Shown here: positions 1-16,449 of the stretch, piece after piece | Layout of the letters: every line of letters starts with the position of its first letter | How positions within the stretch are numbered: the stretch's first letter is position 1 | Assembly: GCF_009914755.1 (NCBI RefSeq) | Contig: NC_060927.1 | Length of the DNA stretch: 64,000 nt | Direction: 5' to 3' (one strand) | From: the human T2T-CHM13v2.0 reference genome, Homo sapiens | The notes under the pieces: generated by a model | Database searches by the model: none | Told to the model about the DNA's origin: nothing | The model's input: the letters and a program-made list of their open reading frames with translations, nothing else | Position numbers and translations under genes: made by a program

Positions 1-407
1 AGAGCTCGGTGGGTAGGAGCTGGGGTGGTAGAGCCAGACAGCCTGGGCAGGCTCCTCTGGGGACTCTGTGAAGCACATGGTGATAACAGTGCTCGCCTTG
101 GGCACTGTTGTTGCTGCAGGAATTAAATGAGCTTCACCAAATTACAGGACCTTTACTGCCTGTAAATTACTTAGCACATAGTAAAAGCTCATTAATTATT
201 AGCTAAAATAAAGTGATAAAAATCTATCATTAAATTGTCAGCACAGCCCTGCAGAGGCAACCTTTTAAGTATTGTTATCCTTCGCAGATGAAGACACAAG
301 GTTCACAGAAACTGACTAATTGGCCTAAGATAACTTACAGTACAAAAGCCAGGATTTCAATCTAGCTTTTTGAGACTAGAGCCTGAGTGAACTGTTTCTC
401 CAAAGCC

Positions 408-1048
<641 letters not shown>

Positions 1049-1054
1049 TTCTCA

Positions 1055-1248
1055 GCGACCTGTTTCTCACCACTTGCCTGAGAATTAATTACCTGGGGTG
1101 CTTATTAAATGCAGATTTCCAACTTCCCCCCAATATTCTCCCAACCTCCCAGACTACTTGAATCAGAATGATTGAGACAGAATTCAGGAACCCGCATTTT
1201 AACAAGTGATTTTAATAATTTGGGTGTGCTCTAAGTCTGAGAATCACT
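1055..1248. mobile_element. MER5A-like DNA transposon relic
   Basis: acctggggtgcttattaaatgcagatt...tgaatcagaat...gcattttaacaag...tgagaatcactg. Confidence 0.65.
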
Positions 1249-1499
1249 GTGCTCCTCAGTGTTGCCTCCTCTCTACAGATAACAGATAAGAGGGTAAATA
1301 GTGAAGTGAGTGCAGTGTTTTATTCCGGCCCCCCTTCTTGCCCCGTCTTCTTTTCTCAAAAAAAATTTTCAAAGGCTTCCTTTCTGTAGAAGCTCACTGA
1401 CAGAACCGACTTTCCGGACTCAGTGCACTTCAACAAACAGGTATTGAGCTCAAACTGCAGGGGGCTGGGTAGGTGGAGAGCTGACCGCAAGATGCTCAC

Positions 1500-3960
<2,461 letters not shown>

Positions 3961-4150
3961 GCCAGGTAAGTGGGGTCATAGGTAGCGCTGTCTGCACAGG
4001 GTCTCTGTGAGGATGACATGCATTGATGCATGTGATGCTCTTCACTTTGAGCCTGACAAATAGCATGTGTTAGAGGTTCAGTCTAACACTTGCTAGAGGC
4101 AACAAGTGTTAGAGGTTCACCATCTGAGTCTATGTGGCTCCAGTGAGTAG

Positions 4151-4478
<328 letters not shown>

Positions 4479-5176
4479 TGCAACACTGGATTTATTTTTA
4501 CAGGGAAGTTGATTTTCATTAACTTTAATATATTTCTAAGAGGCAGAGCTACTCACACAGTTGTGTGTGGTCTGGGGCGGTAGTAAATTCCCTGTCATTC
4601 AGTGTATCCAACAGGCAAAATGAACATTTGCAATGATGGTGCCGTCAAGGTGATTCTGGCAACTGAAGGTGATGGGTGGGTAGGTGGGAGGGAGTGGCTG
4701 TAGCAATTGAAGGCAGTGGGCAGTGGGGAGGGATGGTGTCAGGAGCTAGCTTCATTCTTGCATTCAGACATGACTGAACATTTCCTAGTTGTGGCCCAGG
4801 AGCTCTCAATCTGGTTGGGACAGATCTGCAAACAGATAAATGTCACATAGTTTGATGAGGGGAAGAATAGGCACCATGGAGTTATGCTGATCATCTCTGT
4901 GAGGCCAAGGAAGCTTGAGAGTCAAGGAGCACTTGAGCTGGTGTTGGAAGCTGAGTGGGCATGGCCCCATGGGAACAGCACAGGAAACCACACTTTGCTG
5001 AAGAACTTCTTGTGCAGAGCTGCAAAGGCATGAAAGAGTCTTCGACATTTAGAGTGCCATTCTACTTAATCTGGGCAAATTATTTATCTTCCCTGTCTCA
5101 GTTTCCCTGTTTGTAAAAATGGGGGTAGTAATGGTATCCACAGAGGAAGGGATGGTGACTGTTGTAATCCCTTTGA

Positions 5177-5480
<304 letters not shown>

Positions 5481-6877
5481 GAGTGGATTATTTTACTTGA
5501 TTCTGTAAATCACACTATGAGGTAGGACTTGTTATTATTACTATTTCTATTTTATAGATAAAGATGTCTTAAATCTTGGGTCTTAAGGGGTTGAGTAACT
5601 TGCTCAAAGTCAGGTAGCTGGTGAAAGGCAGTTTGGGCTCTTGTCTTGATAAATCTGATTCCAAAGCTTGTATTGTTCATCCCTAAGCTATAGTCAGTGC
5701 TTGGCACATAGCTAGTGCTAAATAAATGGTAGCTATTATTGCCAGGATTGCTAAAGTTTCTCACCCAGAGAGTTGAGGGTTCTGTTATCACTTCTACAGC
5801 TGGTTGAAGATCAGTAGTGCTGCTATCTCATCAGCAGCAGGGACTATTTTTGGAAAGCCCTCATCACCTATGATAAATCTAGATAGTTGCACCACTTTTG
5901 TTTCAATTGGTTGATTTTTGAAAATCAAAAATGGAGAGTGATTTTTATCTTCTTAGAGGGCAAGGTTTTTTGAGCAGATGCAGTTGATGTAAGGGAGGAA
6001 GAGCTGGGATTGATGTACTTTTCTGTTGTCTGTGGGCTGTATCAAACAAAAAGTTTCATGTTCTGGCTGCCAGCTGGAGGATGGCAGCAAACCAGCATTC
6101 ACAGGCAAGAGGTATCATCCAAAAGTCTGGTGACTGCCCACAGTGTTTTCTACAGGGGGCTAAGAAAGAGCCTCTTCCATGAGTGATGCCAGGAGTAAGA
6201 GCTGTGAACCCGTCACCCATTTATTCATTCAACAAATGCATACTGAGAGCTTATTAAGTGCTAGACATTCATCTAGTGTCTAGAGATACTCCCTGGAAAT
6301 AATAGAGAAGAAGGTTGACAAGATTCCTATTTATGAAGCTTATATTTTTAGTGGAAGGAGACAGACTAATCAAATACTAAATGAATGCCTGCATAATTAC
6401 AAACACTCATGCCACAAGGGAAATTCATGCTGTGAAAATGTCAGAGGGATAACTATCAGAGAAATTTTCTGACTCTTCCAAGGATGCTGCCCAGAAAACC
6501 GTCCTTCTTTGAGCTGATGAGGAGAGCCCCAAATGTTTTGACACAGGGCAGAGTGGCACCTCTCACTTTTTCCCTGGTAGTCATACCTAGGGTTTGCCTG
6601 CCTGCCTTCCTCCTGGTCATGAAGAGCTGGGGTTCTCCCAACCTGAATTCCTAGCCTTCAACAGAGGATTTTCTCTTGGTTCATGGGGTGAAGTCAAGTA
6701 TGTCCATATGGCTTCCTCTTAGTTCTGTTAATGCTAGATCTCCTAGGACAGGCCTTGCAGCCAGGTTAATATTGTGCACCAAGTTGATACACAAGGTTGA
6801 AGTGTATTTTTTAGTATTGCCCCCAAGAGTTTTGCCTTAATTATTCAAGTAACATAATAAAAATAATAAAGGAAGTT

Positions 6878-7165
6878 GGCTAGGCGTGGGGGCTCACGCC
6901 TGTAATCCTAGCACTTTGGGAGGCCGAAGTGGGTAGATCACCTGAGGTCAGGAGTTGAAGACCAGCCTGGCCAACATGGTGAAACCCCATCTCTACTAAA
7001 AACAAGTATTAGCTGGGCGTGGTGGCCGGTGCCTATATTACCCAGCTACTGGGGAGGCTGAGGCAGGAGAATCTCATGAACCTCGGGGGTGGAGCTTGCA
7101 GTGAGCCAAGATTGCACCACTTCTGCCTGGGCCGACAGAGAGAGACACCATCTCAAAAACAAAGA
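6878..7165 (+). mobile_element. AluS
   Basis: Sense Alu flanked by aaataataaaggaa repeats. Confidence 0.93.
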
Positions 7166-7519
7166 ATAAAATAATAAAGGAATTCAAACTGATAAGAATT
7201 AATCTTTCATCAGTTTATCCGTCAATGGTATTCAAGTCTCAACCATTTACATTTTTTCTAGACAGTTGGATATACATATCTTTTAAGTCACCATCTGAGT
7301 ATACAGGTAACATTTTCTGTTTTGCTTTTTTCATTTTAAGATTTTAAGTATTTTCTCCCCTATTACTATATAAATTCATACACAATTATATAAATTATTT
7401 CAGGTGGCTATACCATGCTTTTCTTATTTCCTTATTGCTGGATGCTTAGTTGTTAACAGATTTTCACCTTGATAAATAAGCTCGACATTAAAAATTTTTA
7501 TTTTTGGCAGTGTTATTAG

Positions 7520-10500
7520 GAAAGTTTGTAGTGCTTAACATCTACTTCAAAAAGTTAGAAAGATCTCAAATTAACAACCTAATATTGCACCCAGAGGAAC
7601 TAGAAAAAAAATTTACCCCAAAGCTGGCAGAAAAAGAAAAAAATAACTAAAATCCAGAGCAAAACTGAACAAAATTGAGACTCAAAAATCCATACAAAGA
7701 ATCAACAGAACCAAAAGTTGGTTCTTTGAAAGGATAAACAAGTTTGGTAAACCATTAGCTAGATTAACAAAGAAGAAAAGAGAGAAGATACAAATAATCA
7801 CAACCAGAAATGACAAATATGACATTACAACTAATCCCACAGAAATATGAAAGATCTTTGGAGACTATTAATACCTCTGTTCACACAAAGTAGAAAATCT
7901 AGAAGAAATGGACAAATTCCTGGAAACTCACAATCTTTCAAGATTGAATCAGGAAGAAATTGAAACCTGAACAGACCAATATCAAGTTCTGAAATTGAGT
8001 CAGTAATAAAAAACTTACCACCAAAAAAAGCCCTGGACCAGATAAATTCACAGCCAAATTCTATCAGACATACAAAAAAGAGCTGGTACCAGTCCTACTG
8101 AAATTATTCCAAAAAAGTGAGGCAGACAGATCCCTCTCTAACTCATTCTATGAAGCCAGCATTACCCTGATACCAAAACCTGGCAAAGACACAGTAAAAA
8201 AAGAAAACCGCAGGCCAATATCCCTGATGAAAATAAATGCAAAAATCCTCAACAAAACACTAGCATACCGAATCCAGCAGCACATCAAAAATTATTTCAC
8301 TGTGATCAAGTAGGCTTCATTCCTGGGATGGAAGGTTGGTTCTACACAGACACATTAATAAATGTGATTCACCTCATAAACAGAATTAAAAACAAAAGCC
8401 ATATGATCATCTCAATAGATGCAGAAAAAGATTTTGATAAAATCCAAAATCCTTTCATCAAAAAAGCCTTCAAGAAACTAGGCATCAAAGGCACATACCT
8501 CAAAATAATAAGAATCATCTATAACAAATCCACAGCCAATATCATACTGAATGGGTAAAAACTGGAAGCATTCTCCTTGAGAACTGAAACAAGACAAGGA
8601 TGCCCACTCTCACCACTTCTATTCAACATAGTATTGGAAGTGCTGTCCAGAGCAATCAAACAAGAAAAAGAAATAAAAGGCATCCAAATAGGAAAAGAAG
8701 TCAAACTGTCTCTCTTTGCTGACAATATGATTCTATACCTAGAAAACTATAAAGACACTGCCAAAAGGCTTCTGGAACTAATAAACAACTTCAGCAAAGT
8801 TTCAGGATACAAAACCAGTGTATAAAAATTCATGGCATTTCCATAACCAGTAATTTTCAAGCTGAGAGTCAAATCAACAACACAATCTCATTTATAATAG
8901 TCGCAACAAAATTTTAAATACCTAGGAATACATCTAATCAAATAAGTGAAATATCTCTCCAAGGAGAACTACAAAACTTTGCTGAAAGAAGTCATGGATG
9001 ACACAAACTAATGGAAAAACATTTCGTGTTCATGGATTAAAAGAATCAATATCATTAAAACAGCCACACTGCCCAAAGCAATCTGTAGATTCAACACTGT
9101 TCCTATCAAACTACCAATGTCATTTTTCACAGAACTAGAAAAAACCTATCCTAAAATTCATGTGTAACCAAAAAAGAGTACAAATAACTAAAGCAATCCT
9201 AAGCAAAAAGAACAAACTCAGAGGCATTCCAGTACCTGACTTAGAACTGCACTGTAAGGCTACAGTAACCAAAACAGCATGGTACTGGTACCAAAACAGA
9301 CACATAGACTAATGGAGCAGAATAGTGAACCCAGAAATAAAGCCACATACCTATAATCATCTGATCTTTAACACAGTCAACAAAAATAAGCAACGGGGGA
9401 AAGAACTCCCTATTCAATAAATGATGCTGGAATAACTGGCTAGCCATATGCAGAAGAATGAAACTAGATCCCTTCCTTATACCATATACAAAAATTAACT
9501 CAAGATCAATTAAAGATTTAAATGTGAGACCTCAAACTATAAGAATCCTGGAAGAAAACCTAGGAAACACCATTCTGGACATCAACCTTGGGAAAGGATT
9601 TATGACAAAGTACTTAAAAGCAACTGCAACAGAAACAAAAATTGACAAGTGGGATCTAATTAAACTAAAGAGCTTTTGTGCAGCAAAAGAAACTATCAAC
9701 AGAATAAACAGACAACCTACAGAATGGAAGAAAATATTTGCAAGCTATGCATCTGACAAAGATCTAATATCCAGAATCTATAAGAAACTTAAACAATTGA
9801 ACAAGCAAAAAACAAATAACAACATTAAAATGTGAGCAAAAGATATGAACAGACAATTCTCAAAAGATGCATATAAGCTGCCAACAAACATGAAAAATGC
9901 TCAGTATCACTAATTATTAGAGAAAAGCAAACAAAAGCACAGTGAGATACCCCCTCACGTCAGTCAGAATGGCTATTATTAAGTCAAAAAACACCAGATG
10001 CTAGGGAGGCTGCAGGGAAAAGGGAACACCTACACACTGTTGTTGAGAATGTTAATTAGTTCAGCCACCATGAAAAGCAATTTGGAGATTTCTCAGAAAA
10101 CTTGAAAACAGAACTACTATTCAACTCAGCAATCACATTACTGGGTATATATCCAAAAGGAAATAAATGTTTCTACCAAAAAGAGACATGCACTTGTGTG
10201 TTTATTGCAGCACTATTCACAATAGCAAAGAATGGAATCAGCCTAGGTGCCCATCAGTGGTGGACTGGATAAAGAAAATATGGTACATATACACTGTGGA
10301 ATAGTACACAGCCATGAAAAAGAACAAAGCCATGCCCTTTGCAGCAACATGGATGCAGCTGGAAGCCATTATCCTAAGCAAATTAATAATGCAGGAACAG
10401 AAAACCAAATGCCATATGTTGTCACTTATAAGTGGGAACTAAACAATGAATGCTGATAGACATAAAGATGGCAATAATAAACACTGGGGACTACAAGACG

Positions 10501-10650
10501 GGGAAGGCTGGGGAAAGAGCTAAAAAATGAATTATTCAGTACCTGCATGGCAGGATCAATCATACCCCAAGCCTCAGCATTGTGCAATATACCAGGTAAC
10601 AAGCCTGCATACATACCCCCTGAATCTAACATATAAATTAAAATTATTTT
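7520..10650 (+). mobile_element. 5'-truncated older primate L1 (L1PA16/L1PB-like): ORF2 + 3' UTR
   Basis: ORF2 fragments [51 protein letters not shown]; 3' end ...cctgcacatacccctgaatctaa followed by an A-rich tail. Confidence 0.92.
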
Positions 10651-11326
10651 TTAAAAAAACCCTTTTCTTCTTTGTGTGCGTATTGCTTTATAGAACTCAT
10701 ATTCTTTATCTCATTAATCCTCTTTCATTTGTCATCAGAACTATGTAATGTAGAGAATCATTTTACATGTGGGGAAACTGGAGTATGTAATCTTTTGAAT
10801 TATTTATGAATTATTTATTTATTCACTCTTATTTCCTAGAAGTACAGTAGCCTGGTCCATGGTCAGAAGCTCTTAATTCTATGGCCTGAATACATTCTAG
10901 AAAGGTTACATTAATTTATATGATCCTTTGAATATATATCGATTTAATTATAATCTGTCCAGCAATGAGTATTATCATGTAGAAAACTGCGGACGAATGT
11001 AAATTCTATAAACTAGTTTCTCAGTATTCTAGTTGCCCCTCTTGGGTTTCTCTCATGATTAACCATAACTTTATATGCTTGTTAATTGTGCTTTTTATTT
11101 TGTGATTAGTCTGTTCATGTTGATTACCTCTTTATTTTGGGAGACTTTTATTATATTAACCCTTTTTATATTTTGACTTTTCCTTTTTATTGTAGTTACA
11201 GTATTTTTCATTGTATAGATGTTGAAATTTTCTTGCAACTGAATGTATTAAACTTTTCCTTTGCTATTTTCCTACATCGCATCAAAAGAAGAAAGAGCTG
11301 ACAGGTATATATTTATATTTTTAGCT

Positions 11327-11483
11327 GTTTTTTGTTGGTTTGTTTAGAGACAGGTTCACTCTGTCACCTAGGCTGGAGTGCAGTGGCGCTCATAGCTCAC
11401 TGCAGCCTCTAACTCCTGGGCTCAAATGATCCTCCCTCCTCAACCTCCTGAGTAACTGGGACTACAGGCATGCACGCCTGGCT
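11327..11483 (-). mobile_element. Monomeric Alu (FRAM/AluJ arm)
   Basis: catagctcactgcagcct...ctcctgggctcaa; flanked by tatttttagct repeats. Confidence 0.8.
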
Positions 11484-11807
11484 TATTTTTAGCTTTTTAA
11501 AATTACATTTTTATACTTTTGTACATTTTTTCAAAGTCAAAGAATAATGGATGTACATTTTAGAAATTTTGGAATATATGTAAAATTATAAAAGATGAAA
11601 ACATCTATTATTACCATTCTGGGTGTACTTTTTTCTAGTACTTTTTCCTAGTACTTTTTCACGTTTTTTTAAATGTATTTTTTTTCTGAATTTGGATAGT
11701 GTTTACCGTTTTATAACGTATTTTTTCAGTTACAATTATACTGATTGAACTTTCACATATTATTAAATATTCTTTGAAAATAAATAATTTTTTGAAAATC
11801 TGTATGA

Positions 11808-12259
<452 letters not shown>

Positions 12260-12279
12260 AGTGTCAAGTCTATTTCTAG

Positions 12280-12487
12280 GCTATCTGTGCTGTTCACAGA
12301 TCCAGAGCATTGCACCTTTAATAGGCTTTTCTCTCTCTCTTTTTCCTGAGCCCTGGAGGCTTCCTGGATTGAGACCTAGCCTAGGTCTGCATAAGCACCT
12401 TTCCATCTTGTTAATGTTTAACACTGCCTCTGCTGGAAAACAGCTCTCACCTCCTCTCTTTCTGTCTCTTATTTTTTGCCTTTGCAG
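12280..12487 (+). promoter_or_regulatory. ST6GAL1: Proximal (hepatic, P1-type) promoter region with HNF1 site
   Basis: GTTAATGTTTAAC at 12410-12422 is one mismatch from the HNF1 consensus GTTAATNATTAAC and sits just upstream of exon I. The liver P1 promoter of ST6GAL1 is known to be HNF1-dependent. Confidence 0.75.
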
Positions 12488-12619
12488 ATGAGTTTTGATC
12501 ATCCTGAGAAAAATGGGCCTTGGCCTGCAGACCCAATAAACCTTCCCTCCCATGGATAATAGTGCTAATTCCTGAGGACCTGAAGGGCCTGCCGCCCCTG
12601 GGGGATTAGCCAGAAGCAG
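12488..12619 (+). other. ST6GAL1: ST6GAL1 5'-UTR exon (common 'exon I')
   Basis: Long pyrimidine tract and ttgcAG acceptor at 12486-12487; CAG|GTAAGG donor at 12619/12620; lies 3.8 kb upstream of the first coding exon. Matches my recollection of the ST6GAL1 mRNA leader. Confidence 0.88.
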
Positions 12620-15600
12620 GTAAGGAACACACAGAGGCATGGGCTAGCAAAGGGGTACATTCCTGAGTAAAAGCTGGTGTGGCAGATGTCCTGGCAGGGA
12701 ATCTCAGGATCTCAGTATCTGGCTCCAGCTTTGCTGTTTTCTTTTTGTATGTATTTTTTAGTCCTCTTTAACTGCTGATTCAATGTGGGTTTCATTGGGG
12801 GGTGTAGAGAAATGGCTTGTCCATTTCTATTAACTATATAAGATTTAAGTTATTCTGTATTTCAGTCAACCATTCTGAGTACCTACTACCTGCCACGAAT
12901 GCAACTGGTACTGAGTATGTCATGACGGGTGGGTCGGGACAGGATTTCCTTGCTTTGAGCATTGATTTCTGCCGGTTCAGTGTTGGCCAGTTCTTTGAAG
13001 GTGATGATGCAAGTCGCTGTGTTCTTCCTCTAGAAGCCTCGTGATGATTGTAAAGATTCTCTGATACAATTGCATCAGTTCAATAATCTTTCATTGAGTA
13101 TCCGCTCTGGTCCAGGCACTGTGCTGGGTACTAGGGTTTCAGAAAGGATACCAGGAGGAGTTTTCCTTGAGCAGCAAAGTCAGGCATGAAAAGCAAGCAT
13201 TACAAAGCACTGGCTGGCAGCAAAGGGGAGCAGGGATAGTGCGGAAGGGGAGGTGGCCTCCACTGACCTTCAGAAGCAGAAAGGTGATGCTGTCAGAGCT
13301 GGCAGGCACATGGACAAGGAGAAAGAGTGCAGCAGTGCAGACACCTGGAGGCTTAACACAGTCTGGTGTAATTGGAAAATTCAAAGCTTAGTGTGTTTTT
13401 CCAAAACATTTGTAGAGAAAAGTTTGCTACTCTTTTCCCTCGGTTGCGCCATTTAGAGAAAGTTTCTTCAGCCTCTGCCTTCTTCAGACAATTTGAGAGA
13501 TGAGAAAGGGTCTTGCAGTTATAAGTGCCTGTGACCAGAAACTCCAGCCACCTGGTGGACTTGGAGCCTCAACCAAGGGTGGTGTCAAGGGACCACATGA
13601 GCCCTTATGTGAGATTTCAGATGAGTGCCCTGAGGCCATGACAGAGCACAGGCTGTGAAGGCTGAGGCTGTCTGATGGTTGCAAGACTGTCGCTAGACCC
13701 AGCTGTTTGGAGGAACTCTTCTTTCCTGGGAAACCACACCTTGGAGAGTAGGTACTGGGCAGCTGCTGCCTGAGCCTCCACTCCTGTGACAGTGAATCAG
13801 GCCCTTCCTGCCATCTTGTTTCATTCAGACATGTGAAAGTCAGGTTCTAAGTCCACTATTTCCAAATCACTCATGCAACTTTGAAAATTATTTGTATTTC
13901 CAAACCTCACTATACTCAGCTATAAATGGAGCTCATAAAATCTGCTGTGCTTATCTCACGGGAGTATAATAGGTCTGTAAAACCTTACCAATACGGAAAG
14001 TACCTGAGTGTTACCACTCAGTGCACAGCAGGGATGGCAGGTGCAGCACTGATGGTGAAGGTGGCTTGTCTGCGACTGTCTGACAGACGAAGTTGCCTCT
14101 CTAGTGACCTTGAGTCCGACTTGATCACACTGACTTCTCACTGTCCCTTATCACAGATGCATGTCCTTGGGTGGAAAGATGATGAACTTTTAGAGTCAGA
14201 CAGACCTGGGCTGGAATTCTGGTTCTAGAACTGACTTGCTGTTGACATTGGAGAAACCCTATAACCTTGCTAAGTCTCAGTTTTTTCCATTTCCTAAAAT
14301 AGGATTGTCAATATCTCTATCATAGTGTTGTAGTAAAGGTTCAATGAGATATTGCAAGGAAAGTGACTACCACGTAGTAGGCCCTCCTTAAATGCTACTT
14401 TCCTTCTTTTCTCTAGTTCTTCTTCAGTTGTCATATGGTCATGTGATTACCTGTGTTGGGTGTCTGCGGAAATTGAATTCCTTAGTTTCTGGTAATACAA
14501 CAAGCTTCCACCCTTCACTTCATGATCTTCTATCTGAATTCTTCTTCCACTGTGTACATTTAATCATTTCCACAACTTCAGCAGCCCAAGATAGGAGCCC
14601 ATCGTTCCCAGAGTCACTGGTTCCTGAGGTCTGGGATGGTGGAAGCACTGCTTTGGTTGGTACTGCCAATGGATTCCAGGAATGAGCTGGATGTCAGTTC
14701 ATGGAGAATTCCCAGGGAAGAGCCTGGAGCTCAGGGCTGCTGAGTCATGGCTGTGGCTTCACACTGCTGTCTTCACTACCCGTATCACCTCCACATGGCC
14801 CCCAGGCTGAGCTGCTGCTCTCCTGTCTCTGTTCAGAATACCTTCTGTGCCTTTTTGCTTATCTAGTTCAAATCCAATGAATACCATGCTCTTGTTTTGC
14901 CCTCCCAACACTCTGCAAATCACATAGGGCAGAGATAATTATTCTGAAAAACTCAGGGGCAGAAATATTAAGTGACCTGCCCAAGGTCACCAAGAATGGG
15001 GATAAGAACCCAGGTTTTGTGAACACCCAGTCCAGTACTCCTACTACCTTTTCCTGATATCCTTAGGAGCGGGATCCATGGGAAGGGACCTCAGACCCCT
15101 AGTGGGTTAGCAAAACCCCGGAGGTGATTGCTTTGATTTATTATTGTAAATAAACCCAGTGATTGGGGAAAGAATGTAATGTTTTCCAAAAGATACAGAC
15201 ATTATTTGAGTTCAAAGTGCTTCCAGTTTCCATTCAGTTACACAATAAATTCTGAGAAAACAAAGTAGGTGTTTACTCAGAAATAAAGAGACTATTCAGT
15301 CTCTATTTGCTCAGTGAAATCTATTTTCCAGAGCTTCTTGCAGTTCTGTGCATGTTGTACTGGAAAGGACATGGGTTATGGAATCAAATCCACTTCGATT
15401 TGAACCTCAGTGCAACCATTTCCTCAGCTCTGTGAGCTTGGGCACTTCCCTTGACTTCTTAGAGCCTCAGGTTGCTAATCCATAAAATGGAGATTATAAC
15501 ACCTTTGAAGTGAACCCTGTACAGGTTAGGAGATGCCCTTCGTATTAGACTATGCTATGCGTGGTGCCCCCAGAGTTGTGTCTCATGGTGGCCCTGGTTA

Positions 15601-16449
15601 TGGTGAAGTTAAGTGAAATAACATCTAGCGTGCTTAATGAATTTTTGTTTCCATTTCCTTAGTTGGCTACATGTCTGCTATCTTACCCAGAATTCCTAGC
15701 CTCTATCATGAGGTGAGTCAGCTTCCTGTCTCAGCAGTGCTCTTCTTGCAGGGCACTGCACAAAACTGTGGTGGAGATAACCCTCGATCTTCTCATGCAG
15801 GAGTCCAGCATCGCAGCCCTTAGAGAGATACATCAGAAATCTATGGCATCATCTATAACGAGAAGTCTTTTTCTGGCCATTTTGAAGGGGTGTTGGGCCA
15901 CTTACTATTTTAGGAAGTTTAGGTCTGGTGATGTAAAACAGTCAGCCTGCTTTTTTTTATTCTATTTTTTTTTCAAGCATGCATGGCTTCATTTAACAAA
16001 TGTTACAAGGCCCTAGGAACTGAGTGATTTGCAAGATGTGGTTTCTGACTTCAAGAAACTCAGAGTGCAGTCAGAGAGGTAGACCAAGGCAACCAGAAAC
16101 TAATATTCAGCATAGAAAAAGTAATGATGGGAGGACATATAAAGTGTTCATGGCTCAAGAGGAAGAAGGGAGTGGAAGAGTGGAAGAGGAAGAGGGACTG
16201 CTGTCCACGTTCAAAGCCCAAATTGAGTCTGACTTTTGTCGAGAATTGCTTAACAGGCTGCAGAGGTGGCCAGGAGGTAGACCAGGGCTGGAATTCAAGT
16301 CACCTCATTTCAAATCTATTGCTCAGTCCATCGCTCCGCCTCATGCCACATTGGGTTTTTCTTTACATCATTTGTTTTTCCTTGTCTCACTTTTTTTAGG
16401 CTTGTTTTCCTGCTCAGAACAAAGTGACTTCCCTGAACACATCTTCATT

